DNA of 64,000 nucleotides from Hydrolagus colliei (Eukaryota): the NCBI GenBank assembly GCA_035084275.1, contig CM068756.1:8060001-8124000 (forward strand), given 5' to 3'. The notes beneath the pieces were generated by a model that did not search any database, was not told the DNA's origin, and saw only the letters and a program-made list of their open reading frames with translations. Positions 51,675-62,725 of this stretch are shown here, one piece after another. A program made the translations under genes and the position numbers. How positions within the stretch are numbered: position 1 is the first letter of the stretch; each line of letters opens with the position of its first letter.

Positions 51675-51747
51675 CTGGTAGAATTTCGTTGTATTTGCAA
51701 TATTCCTTCCCAAATGGTCTCCCTTTTCTCTCCACTCCTCCCGTTTC
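51675..51747 (-). CDS. Candidate internal coding exon (73 nt) of an unidentified large gene
   Basis: Minus strand T-rich acceptor ..TTTTTTGCTGATTTTAG|G and consensus donor CAG|GTAAGT; purine-rich; all three frames open; frame KREEWREKGDHLGRNIANTTKFYQ ends in phase 0. Confidence 0.6.
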
Positions 51748-52964
51748 CTAAAATCAGCAAAAAAAAACAGTTACAAGATCACGAGACTTTCCACATGAAA
51801 TCAGACATTTTGATATCATCATTCAGGAAGCTGATCCTAGCATCCCATTACAGCATCCAGCTGTTTCTCAAATTAATCCAATGCCCTGGCCTGACATTGT
51901 TCTTCCTGGTAATACACTCTAGATGGTGATTGAAAAGGGAGGAAACTTGATCATGTATTAATCTATTAACTAGTTATCTACTTTTTAAAAAAAACATAGA
52001 CAGAACCATGCAGGAAGATTCAAGTGTACTCTACCAAAATGTATCCAAAACTATACAGCAGTGAGTCAACAGAATGGTCATAGTGTCACAATTACATCTT
52101 TACACTGCTAATAATCAGTGACTGAATGGATCATCAATATACCTTTCATTTACAATAAATCAGACATCATCGCCCACCCCCCCACCCACCAGCCCCCTCC
52201 CCACACACATACAAACAAAATAAGCTGAACTATACCACTAACAAATTAAAATTTGATTAAGATCAAGAGACCATTTAAAATCCCAAGAGGCTCAAAGCAA
52301 TGTGAAGGCAGAGATAGCCGGTATGAACGACTCCTGTAGCCCTTTGGCAATTAGGAATCAAATTTGTGATTGAACATAACTGGCTGTATGCGTATTCATG
52401 GAATATAAACGTTGGAGAATTGGGCAGCATAGTGAGCTAGCACACTGGCCTTTCACCTCGAGTACTTGTTTGTGAACCTATCCCAGACAGATGGAAATTT
52501 ATAAGTCAACAAAGACATGTTCACAAACTAACATTCGCCAGCATTCGACATGTCAACTTTGATAAATACATGGTCTTCTCAATTCTCCGTTTCTTCGTGT
52601 CTCTTAAAGAGATCCTCAATCCAGAGGATCATCAGGAGAAAACTGACTGCCCTCAGAAGGTGTGTTAAGTGTCTGAAAGAACCGAGATAAAGATGGCATT
52701 CAGTTAGCTCCCTGCTCTGATAGGCCATAAAATAAGACTATACAGTTTTAAATCATTGTTGTACCGGAGAATGAATGTCTGAAATTGGTGCTATGTAATG
52801 GTTAGCGCTGGCAGTACGTGGTCAGTAAGTATTCAGCTAAAAAACTTTTAATCAACAGAAAGTGGTCATCAATCTAACGTTCAATGGTTTCAAAGGGCAA
52901 CATTCCACAATGATATACTACTTGTATGTAGGATTGGCAAGATCCTCTAAGTGATGTGAATACA

Positions 52965-53102
52965 ACATTGCGCGATTGGCTGCCAGGTTTTGCCCACAAA
53001 TATACAGTCAAGTCACTTTACAGTATATTCTGTGAAGCGGTTTGAGGCGTCTATAAGATATAAAAAGAGCTGTATCAACTGTACGGATTATCATTACTAT
53101 TA
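52965..53102 (+). mobile_element. SINE 3' half, (ATT)n type
   Basis: ATTGGCTGCC..GCCCACAAATATACAGTC..CACTTTACAGTATATTCTGTGAAGCG..GGATTATCATTA. Confidence 0.85.
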
Positions 53103-53289
53103 ACCTTGAGAAAGAAATGAAGCTATTGCCTTCAGTTCCAGTGTGGGATATTGCATGCACAGTAAGGATATTGCATGTGTTTGTGTGTAAATATAGTTGA
53201 GATATCTAAAAAGTGCATTTCCGTGGCCGTTTGATAGTAGTGTGACAAAGCGATTGTGGGGACATTATCTGTAAAAACACCAGTTACTC

Positions 53290-53502
53290 TGTAGTAGCAG
53301 CATTTTGCCAGCATGGTTACTTTGCCAATCCTTTGTGTCCCTCAAACAGTCGTGGATCGAAGTGACAAATTTACTGTTGTTTATTTTTCTTGAGGGATTT
53401 ATTGGAGTAAGGAAGCTTGCTCAAGGTTTCATCCTGCCTGGATTCAAACCCAGGTCTCCCGTTTGTAAGGCAAGTGCTCTAACCATTGAGCTACAGGACT
53501 CC
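53290..53502 (-). mobile_element. tRNA-derived SINE 5' half
   Basis: Minus strand GGAGTCCTGTAGCTCAATGGTTAGAGCACTTGCC..GGGTTTGAATCCAGGCAGGATGAAACCTTGAGCAAGCTTCCTTACTCC (A and B boxes). Confidence 0.85.
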
Positions 53503-54333
53503 AATCACCAGGAATGATCATGATTAATAAAGTAATGAGGATATTTTCAGTAGGAACATAAGATCTCTCAAGTGACACCTTGAATTTGGTAATAGCATTA
53601 AAATAACATATGAAGCACCCTTAAATTAGTCTGGCATATCTTCCATCAGTCATACTGTAATTCAGCTTCTTAAGATAATATTAAACTGATTTTCTCTTGC
53701 ATTGCAAACACAAATTATCCCTATAGTTATTTGGGACAGAAAACAAAGTGACTTTTCAATAGTGTCAAGTGAGCAAGAACAAATGATTTTCAATTAGTTT
53801 GGGTGAAAGATTAAAGTTGCTTTTTACTTACATCAGGTAATGGAATAAAATTATGTTTAAGTTATCCTAAGAGATAAATTAATGATCTTTCAGCAACATC
53901 AGGGGATGGAATATAGTGATTTTAAGCTACCCTGCATGATTGATTAAAATGATCGCTCTTTTCAATCTGATGAATGAATAAGATGATCTCCCTGACACCA
54001 GATAATAAAATAAAAAACACTTTTAGTAAGTCAAATAACTAATCTATCCCAATATAAATTTTAGTCAGCACCTTGTACGTCAGTCTTAAATTACATTAAG
54101 GAGGTTTACTAACAAGTTTTGGAAACACAGCAAATTGATCAAAAAAACTTTTGATTTTTTCTCCCTGGTTAATATTTAGTCAACTGACAATTTGCTGCTG
54201 CATTTCAATTGATGTCTTAGTATAGATATGGCTAAATGAAACTATGCAAATTGTCTTTTTTTTTAAAACAAACCAAGAATATTATTTTTATATGATGAAT
54301 ATTATTATTGCAAGGATTATTATTATTTGAACA

Positions 54334-54420
54334 TAATAATCCTTGCATTTGATATAGTGCTTTTCATGCCTTCTAGATGTCTCAAAGCGCTTCACAAAAT
54401 ATACTGTAAAGTGAATTGAA
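54334..54420 (-). mobile_element. SINE 3' tail, (ATT)n type
   Basis: ATAATAATCCTTGCATTTGATATAGTGCTTTTCATGCCTTCTAGATGTCTCAAAGCGCTTCAC..ATACTGTAAAGTGAATTGA. Confidence 0.9.
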
Positions 54421-55084
54421 ATGCTGCATATTTCTGAAAGCCTTCGCTTATACTCAGAACCGATCTATCAGCTTCTCAGGTCCCATGTCTGTTTCAGCTT
54501 CTTTAGAAAGTAAATACCTTGAAGCAAAATCTGGTACCAGATTGTTGGATAGTTGCTGAATGCACTTCTTAGCTGAAAGCCATGAAAAAGAATTTAAATG
54601 AAATGGACATACAGACACTTCAGACACTAATTAACAAATCTGACATGCACTTTCGTTTCCAGACACTTTCCCTGAGATGTGTACATAGATTTGTATGCAA
54701 ATGCAAATAAAAATATGTATTACAATCCACAAGAATAGACACATATCAGTATAAGTCAATGATTGTGATACTGACTCGCATCAGTTAAATTTAGTGATCT
54801 GTTAAAACTACACAGGTACTCCGCCCCAACCACGGCCTCGTCAACAGCGAAACTCACGCATCCACGGTTTGCTAAATGCGACAACCCTTGTAAATCACGA
54901 CTTATAACCCTTGCTTATCCATGGGTTTTAACACCAATACTAGCGTTTAGCGCTAGGACCCAGTTGCATCAACCAACTTCGATTCGCCCACAAATATACA
55001 GTCGACTTTCCTGCCTTTTTTCCCCCTGCCTCGACCCCTCCCCTTTTGATTCTTTACCCCCTTTTGCCCCTAGTCCCACTTCCG

Positions 55085-55283
55085 TGACTGATTGTGGGAC
55101 ACTGCTGTGCGCAATTTGGCTGCCATGTTTCGCCCACTAATACAGTTACTTTTCCTACTATGCTTTATCCTGCCCTGATCCTTCCCACCCTGCTCTTGTC
55201 CTACCTGACTGTACAGCGCCTTGGGATGTCCTCTCGACGTGAAAGGCGCTATATAAATGTAAGTTTTGTTGTTGTTTGTTTGT
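55085..55283 (+). mobile_element. SINE 3' half with (GTT)n L2 tail, nested in the Tigger-like element
   Basis: GGGACACTGCTGTGCGCAATTTGGCTGCC block joined to AGCGCCTTGGGATGTCCTCTCGACGTGAAAGGCGCTATATAAATGTAAGTTTTGTTGTTG. Confidence 0.85.
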
Positions 55284-55409
55284 TCGATGTCGCTTCGCGC
55301 TAGCGTATAGCACTAGAACCCAGTTGCGATGTTGCAATCAACCAGCGACAATGCTTTTCTCTTAGGATTAAGGTAAATACAGTAACATGAATTTATTGCT
55401 TCTCTGCAT

Positions 55410-55795
55410 TCTCTCTCTCTGTGTGTAAGTGGGCTATAGAGATCTCTCTTTCTCTCACCTTCTCTCTATTTCATCTTCTCTTACCCCCACCCACCACCAC
55501 CCCTCCCCATCCCCTCTTCTCTCTCTCACCTTCTCTTTATTTCATCTTCTCTTCCCCCCACCCCCCCTCCCCCACTCTCTCTCTGTGTCTGTGTGTAGAT
55601 CAGTCAGGCAGTCAGACAACCCCCCAGCCTTCCGTGTCACCCACCACACCTTCTCCATTAATCTCTCTCTCTCTGTGTGTAGATCAGTCAGACAGTCCAC
55701 CAGCCCTTCATACCACCCACCCACCCCTCCCCCCACCCACCCTCCGTCTCTCCCTCTTGCTCTCTCTCTGTATAAATCAATCAGGCAGTCAGACA
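55410..55795. repeat. CT/C-rich low-complexity tract with three copies of a TCAGTCAG(GCAGTCAG)ACA-type unit
   Basis: (CT)n and C-runs; GATCAGTCAGGCAGTCAGACA at ~55598, GATCAGTCAGACAGTC at ~55682, AATCAATCAGGCAGTCAGACA at ~55775. Confidence 0.85.
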
Positions 55796-57404
55796 GATTG
55801 CTGCAGATCCTGGCAGCCAATGCTCCCAAACTTACTCCCCCTATCCCCTTGTATATTATAACTGTATGTGTTTTTTGGGGGGTTGTTCTTACAACGTGAA
55901 CTTACTTCCCCTATCCCCATGTTTCCCATAGGGCCCTGCATTTTGCAACCGCAATTTTACCAACCACGGAGGTTTACAGGAACGTATCCCCCACGGTTGG
56001 GGAGGGATACCTGTATTGATATAACTTGGTAGGGAGTGACAACAGATACAACACATTGAATTTGTACTTAAGAAAATGTAACCTTGGAAGCACAAAGGAG
56101 CACTAAACAAAAACAAGTGAAGAACCCCATTATAATATGTTTTGGGGTTTCGACCCCATCATTGCCTTACCCAAAAAAATCCTAAATATGATCATCAGCT
56201 TCAAAATGGCAGCTGACATGTAGGAAGCTAAAATGACCAACGTAAGGTCACTCTCTATATCATTTTGATGAACTGAGCTGCCTTCCATTCACAGTAAGTG
56301 CGGCATTGTTGACAGCAACTGAACCCAGTAATGACACTGGCTGGGATTTTGTGCACCCCAACTACTTTATTATAATATAGAACCAGCAAAAGCACAATAC
56401 AGTTGCCCCCATCCACTCCACATGTCATAAAACAACAGATAAATGGGAGTGAATTCAAAGCTGTGATCTCATCTCAGGCTTCAGACACGGTTTATAAACT
56501 AGTTGAGCTTTTAGCTTTGTTCTTGGCATTATGGTATCATCTGAACCCTACGCTTATAATGCGTTGCTTTGTAGTCATTATTCCCAGTCTATTTTAATAA
56601 AATAGTTATCAGCAATTACACGAACCATACAGCTCACAGATGTGTCAGTCATAATAATCCTTAAAATAATAATCCTTACATTGGTTATTGGTCAGGAGGG
56701 CATCTCAAAGTGCTTCACGGCATTTACAGTAAAGGGAAGTCACTATATTTGGTAAATGATACCTCGAAGAAGTTATAGGATAAAAAAAAGGTTTCAGTGC
56801 ATTTCAGTGTATTTTATTCTAATGGACTGTGCATCAACAGGATTTTTGCAGTGAATTCATTCTGATATACCCTACATTTTCCTCCTGAAATCAAGTGATG
56901 TTTACACATGCATACCTAATGAACACCAATAAAGAGCCCTTTAGACAGTTATTCCTCATTCTAAAATGCTGCACCAGTTAAATTTACTTAATCTTCAGTC
57001 ACAACATCCATGTTAGTCTGCCCTTACTCTGATCAGATTCTCTCTGTAAATCACACAATTTCTCTTTAGTTCTATTCTACCGTTCATGCAGACATTATAC
57101 ACACGCAGCCAAATATTCATCTGTATATTTCATCGGTAGGCCAACACTGCACCGAACAGCTCTGAATCTAACAAGCAGTGAGGGATCCCCTTGAGCAGGC
57201 ATGTCTCACATTGCTTGGGCTTTGCAATACACCTGTGACCAGTGCACACCCTGCATTGCAAGGTTTTTGACGTTCAACACTCTCCTTGTGGCTCACAAAT
57301 TGAACACTATTTTTGATGGACATTTCCTCCGTTTCTACACCCTTTCTTAACAATAACATCTCTAACACTTAGGGATGTCCTCCAAACATGAACAGCACCA
57401 TATA

Positions 57405-57530
57405 AGTCCTGTAGCTTAGTGCTTTGAGCACTCACCTTGAATTACAAGTGATAGGACCTGGGCTGAATTCCCAGGCAGGGCGAAACATTGTGCAAGTTTC
57501 CTTACTCTAAATGCACGGATTAATATTATT
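57405..57530 (+). mobile_element. tRNA-derived SINE head directly abutting a tail remnant
   Basis: AGTCCTGTAGCTTAGTG..GGGCGAAACATTGTGCAAGTTTCCTTACTC then AATGCACGGATTAATATTATT. Confidence 0.75.
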
Positions 57531-58369
57531 AAATTGTATTGTTACAAGCAAAATTGAGAACGTGCTGCACATATAGCCTCCTCATCATTTACAGAATCAA
57601 ATGTATTCTGTCCAGCCTCTTGTAAACTTATGCTCCAGTAATCCACTTGTATCCCCAACAATCTCATTGTCATCTTAACTACCTCTGCACAATCTGACAC
57701 CACTTGCAGAGCTTGGTGGATTTGCACAAGGAAAAAAACTTTCCTCTTCTGCAATCTGATTTTGATGGTTCCCTTTACCAAACATCTCCAAGCACAAGTT
57801 GCCAATCATCTATCTAGTTCCTATGTGACCATAGAATTTTACTTTGCCATAATTGCCCTGCATACTCAACATTTGTTTCCTGCAACAACTTCGAGACGAC
57901 TGCAGAGTTCAAACAGGCCATTGCCAACACACTTATTGAGATAATTAATGCTTGTTATGAACTGCCAGAAAGATTTCATTGGTCACAGCTGGGCAACCTA
58001 AGCTAATACTATTAAGAACTGGCTTCTGCTTGATTTAAGGAAAGAAATTGATAGCAGTGACCAAAGTGAAAAATTAATAAAGTGCATTCTTTATTCCTGT
58101 ATCAGGTGCATAGCTAAACAGAGCACAATCTAAACATTTAGTACAAATGAATAAATAGAAACTTCTGCCAAACACCTTCTCCTTGGTGGCATGAGTTAGC
58201 ATGGCAGCAGCACACGTTAATGCAAAGGTTAATGCAAAGGTGGGAATATAACAGATAAATGCAATGTACTGCATACAGGAAGTAAAACATGAGACAGATG
58301 TATTGCATTGGATAGATAGAACTTGGCAAGAGAAAATTGAAAGAAACTTAAGGATGTTAGTCAACTCAT

Positions 58370-58706
58370 CACTAGTGGCTCAGTGGTTAGAGCACTTGTC
58401 TTGCAAGCTGGGGAAACCAAGCTGGGGAGACCTGTGTTCGAATCCAGGCAGGTCAGGGCGAAACCTTGGGCAAGTTTCCTTACTCCACATGCCTAATAAT
58501 AATCCCTCCAAAAAAACACAATAATAAAATTGGTAATTTCAATCCACGACTGTGTGTGGGACACTGCTGTGCGCAATTGGCTGCCGCGATTCGCCCACAA
58601 ATATATACAGTCAATTCACTTTACAGTATATTCTGTATATTCTTTGGGACGTTGATAAGATGTGGAAAATGCTATATCAAATGCAAGGATTATTATTATT
58701 ATTATT
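58370..58706 (+). mobile_element. Full-length tRNA-derived SINE, (ATT)n tail
   Basis: A box TGGCTCAGTGG (58376-58386), B box GTTCGAATCC (58436-58445), internal duplication CAAGCTGGGGA (58404-58414, 58418-58428), GACACTGCTGTGCGCAATTGGCTGCC block, CAAGG(ATT)n. Confidence 0.92.
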
Positions 58707-58884
58707 AATATTTCAATGACTTAGCTGCAAGACACATTTAAACGGGATGCTTGGGTTACGTTGGCAAATCAAGTTTGGATCTTTATCAAGCTTTGCCTAG
58801 GCCTCGCTAACAGCAACAACAACATTACATCGGTATAGCATCTTTCATGTTAGGAACTGTGTATAGTTCAAGTCTTCATTATAT

Positions 58885-59290
58885 AATAGGGTTGCCAAGA
58901 CCCAAGAGGTAGTGATGAGGTTGATTCGCAATATAAGAGGGATGACATATGAGGAACAACTCGCTAAACAAGGGCTTCTCAGCCTTGGATAGTGAGATCT
59001 CAGTGGAGGCTTCTAGAGAAACCAACTTAGAATTGAAGACAGTAGGACAAAAGGGCATTGAGAACAGAAAGCCACCAATATATATATTTTTTTAACCCAG
59101 AAGTTATCAACAGTTAAAATTAACTACCAAAAATAGCAGTATTGAATTATTATTCATTTAAGAAATAGTTTGATGCTGCAATAGGAAAATATAGATTTGG
59201 CATTCTGGAAGAAAGAGACCAAAACCTCTTGTAATCTTGTAGAAATGCACAGGCAAAATGGATATTTTTTCCATTCTACATTCTCTTATA
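58885..59290 (+). mobile_element. Highly degenerate CR1 3' fragment
   Basis: TATGAGGAACAACT (YEE.L), GACAGTAGGACAAAAGGGCAT (SRTKGH), TTTTTAACCCAGAAGTT remnants in CR1 order. Confidence 0.5.
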
Positions 59291-60682
59291 TTCTCGTGTT
59301 CTGTTTTTTTTCTCTGTCAGAACCACTTGTTTTATTAGTTGCTAACTTGCAAGATATGGTCTAAATTTATAGTCTGCATTGAACGCCAGCAAATCACAGA
59401 GTATCTCAATTGATTACTCTAAATTGTCTATCTCCTCTATGTTTTTTGGTATTTGATTGGGTGAAATTTACTGATTGCCTTCATCTAATTTAAAAAATAA
59501 ATCAATAGCAGCAAAGTGCTGATAGATAAATTGAGTCTAATGCGACATAACTGCACCAAATATACTTCAACAGCAAGTCTTCAATCAAATTTGTGGGAAA
59601 TTTACTCTATATATCACCTAAAACCTTTGATGTTGATTAGTGCATACCATATACATAGCGATGCAATGACATTCTGCTTGGAGTATCATATCATATCATT
59701 TAGGCTTTTAAACTGTTAGCCTGAATACTGATTTTTTAAAAGTTTTGCAACTGTCCTATGATCCACTGCAACAAGACTGACCACTGTGACAGAAAATGCA
59801 ACAAGGAAATAGATAGGGAAACATTTATTTGAGCGATGTGAGAGGAGGCGGAGATCAGGATTTTTTTTTGAGTGCCCACTTTAATACTGTAATAATCTTT
59901 GCTGGTCCTGTGTGTTACTATAACTTGCATTCATATTCACACAGGGATAGCAGAGCAGCAGTGGGATTGGATGCCAACCAAAGGAGAGGCTGAAATGACT
60001 ATGGGAGAAGGTGACTTCCTATATAAGACTGTAGCAACAACTAATGAAAATCCAGTCAGGCACAAAAACTAGTGTAGAAGTATAGCATTTGTATAACTTG
60101 CTACATGTTTCTTTCAATAGTAATACTGTATTAGTAAGAAACAGGTAGTGTAATCAGATTTCAACAGCAGTTGTGATTGATCAGTAGCATCGTCAGTATA
60201 GTAAAATAATAGTTGTTTTAATCTGTATAATGTAATAGAACGAAGCTTAACCGAACAAATAATGAGCTTTACCAATGATGTCCTGCACTTTTGAATAAAG
60301 GGAAGAATCTATATGGATTAACCGTTTTCTAGAGATTAGTTATTTTTAAACTTTAACACATTTCAATAATAGAGATCAACACTTAGTGAGCAGAATGCCG
60401 GCCCCCATCACACTCACTGGAAAACCTTTCCAAACTGGGAGGTGTAAGATATTCAACTCTTATAGCATAATTATCTAAATAGAATGCATGGCTCAGAATA
60501 TTACCTTGGAGCATTTTCACTGCATTTATTTACCGTGTATAAAGATCAGATCCTTGGAAGCCAGCTGTTGGTTTTCAGTACATGAACTTTATTTTAGTGT
60601 TACCAATTCATATGTCAGTCATCGGACATTCAAATTTATTTAACTAACATTCGGAATTGATGGAAACTATCAGATCTATTGC

Positions 60683-61063
60683 AAAAGGTGATCTTATAGA
60701 AACCTATAAGATTATTAAGGAGTACGACAGAGTAGATAGCGGGAGATAGTTGGAGAAACTATAACCAGTGGTCACAGCCTTAAAATTAGGGGTTCAGCGC
60801 CTTTCGCACTGAGTTGAGGAAAAACTTCTTCACTCAAAGGGTAGTGAATTTATGGAATTCTCTACCCCAAAGGGCTGTAGATGTTTAGTCTTTGAACATA
60901 TTCAGGACTGAGATTGATAGATTTTTGTGGATAAGGGGATTAAGGGATATGGGGATAAGGTGTGTAGGTGGAGAACATGAAGAGCAGCCATGATCTTATT
61001 GAATGGTGGGGTAGGCTCGAGAGGCCGAATGGCCCACTCCTGCTCCTAATTCTAATGTTCTTA
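60683..61063 (+). mobile_element. CR1 LINE 3' fragment (second subfamily)
   Basis: GDLIETYKII, TSGHSLKI, LRKNFFTQRVVNLWNSLP motifs; GGCCGAATGGCCCACTCCTGCTCCTAATTC 3' end. Confidence 0.92.
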
Positions 61064-62454
61064 AAATGTTTATACCAGGCCCAGGTATGTGTGCCCCGAG
61101 TGTTTATGTGCCCTGAGGCACTTTTACATTCAAGGTATACGCAGAGGAAGACGGGACCATGGTTTAATGTTTCATCCAAAACAAGAGTTGTTATCAATCT
61201 CAGTCTACATTCCAAAATGAACTTCAATTTTGCATAATTTAAAAAAAAACATTTAAATATGTTATCAATCACAGCCACTATAGATACAAGAATCCATTTA
61301 ACTGCAATTTTCTCTGAAACATTTTTTTTACCCAAATTTTCTACCTAATGGTGTCTCTACATCTGTTTGTTGTAAATTTTAGTTTCATAAATGATTTGCA
61401 TTTATATGTTGCCATTTAAGTTGAAAATACATAAAAGTGCTGACAAATAGCCTGATAAGAACTTTGTGTGAGCAATCAACACCAGATTTAGGGTGGTATA
61501 CGGTATTCTAATCTACACATATGGCTTTCTGCTCCAGGTGGTACTATCCTATATATGAAACAAGTTGCTGTGACAAAATACATTTCTCAGATCACTGCAA
61601 GCTCACCGAGCCTTCCAAAGTCAGTTCTATCATTGGACATTGGACATATCTATTACGTTCAGAAAGAAGGATCCACTTCTAGTACCAAGTATGTCATAAA
61701 AGAATAAGGGGTGTGCCTCCAGGAGAGAATACGCATTTCATTCCAGGCGCAGGAATTTTTTTAGGAGGTCAGGAGGTCTGCAAACATAGTCTCTCAGTCT
61801 GGTTTGGATACTCTTAAGCATGGGGAGATGGGTTTCAGTTGTTGAGGCAATAGCTTTCAGGTAAAACCATCTGAACAAAGCCAGGCGTGTTCTCCACTGC
61901 TGTCATTGCCGGGGATATCTTCACCCTTCCGGGATAAACCCTCCAACCGTTAAAATGAGTCACATCACATGACTTTCTTCTATTTCGTGATTAAAGATAG
62001 CACAGGGAATCAGACAACAATGTCATGTGTGCGCATCATTCCACTCACAAATAACTGTGGTCCGTCCGGTTACAGTTATGTTTTGAATAACCAAGCAATT
62101 TCTCAAGATTTTCCATTTCACATACTGTTTTTTTTTTGACAAGTGGATTTGTGCTGGCTTCCTGTTTCGTAACATATTCATGTGCACACTTCCATTGACA
62201 AGCGATGGGACTTAGAGCGCATGAGAATGTTGCAGCTCTACACAGAATGACCTTGGCACGCGCTCTCAGGTTCCCATTGTGATCCAGTGAAAAAATAAAC
62301 CGATGTAGTGAACTTCTAAACCAAAACCTCCCCGTCAAAAACAGAATCATATTTTCACAGACCATTCACCTGACCGCAACTATTCGATGAGAAGAGTTAT
62401 GAAGATATTAAGGGGGCTCTCACGCCCTTTTAATAAAACAATACTATTGTATTT

Positions 62455-62725
62455 TGTTGCATTTGATATGGCATCTTATCATGTTTAAATTTCTGAAAGC
62501 GCTCCGCTGAGCTTTTAAGTAATGTGTAGTCACTGAGTATTTGCAGGTGAATGCGGCAGCTAATCTGAGCAGGACAAAAGGAGAAACTCACTTCTCATTA
62601 TGGATAGTGCCATGGAATGTTCAACAGGCAGATGAGACCTTGGTGTAACATCTGATCTGAAGGACAGTATATATGTCTGACAATGTCATGTTCTCCCAGC
62701 AATACACTGCAGCATCAACCTAGAA
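62455..62725 (-). mobile_element. Deu-domain SINE, decayed
   Basis: TTGCATTTGATAT tail; ATAGTGCCATGGAATG..CTTGGTGTAACATCTGATCTGAAGGAC..CACTGCAGCATCAACCTAGA core. Confidence 0.7.

Larger units (their letters stand above)
54813..56013. mobile_element. Tigger/pogo-like (Tc1/mariner superfamily) non-autonomous element, composite
   Basis: Imperfect TIRs CAGGTACTCCGCCCCAACCACGG / CCACGGTTGGGGAGGGATACCTG (18/23), right flank TA (left flank CA), Tigger-like subterminal GGAACGTATCCCC, repeated CCACGG motifs near both ends. Confidence 0.75.

Noticed and set aside
55421-55899. 146-aa and 156-aa Pro/Ser/Leu-rich ORFs
   Set aside because: Translation of CT/C-rich low-complexity DNA inside a transposon
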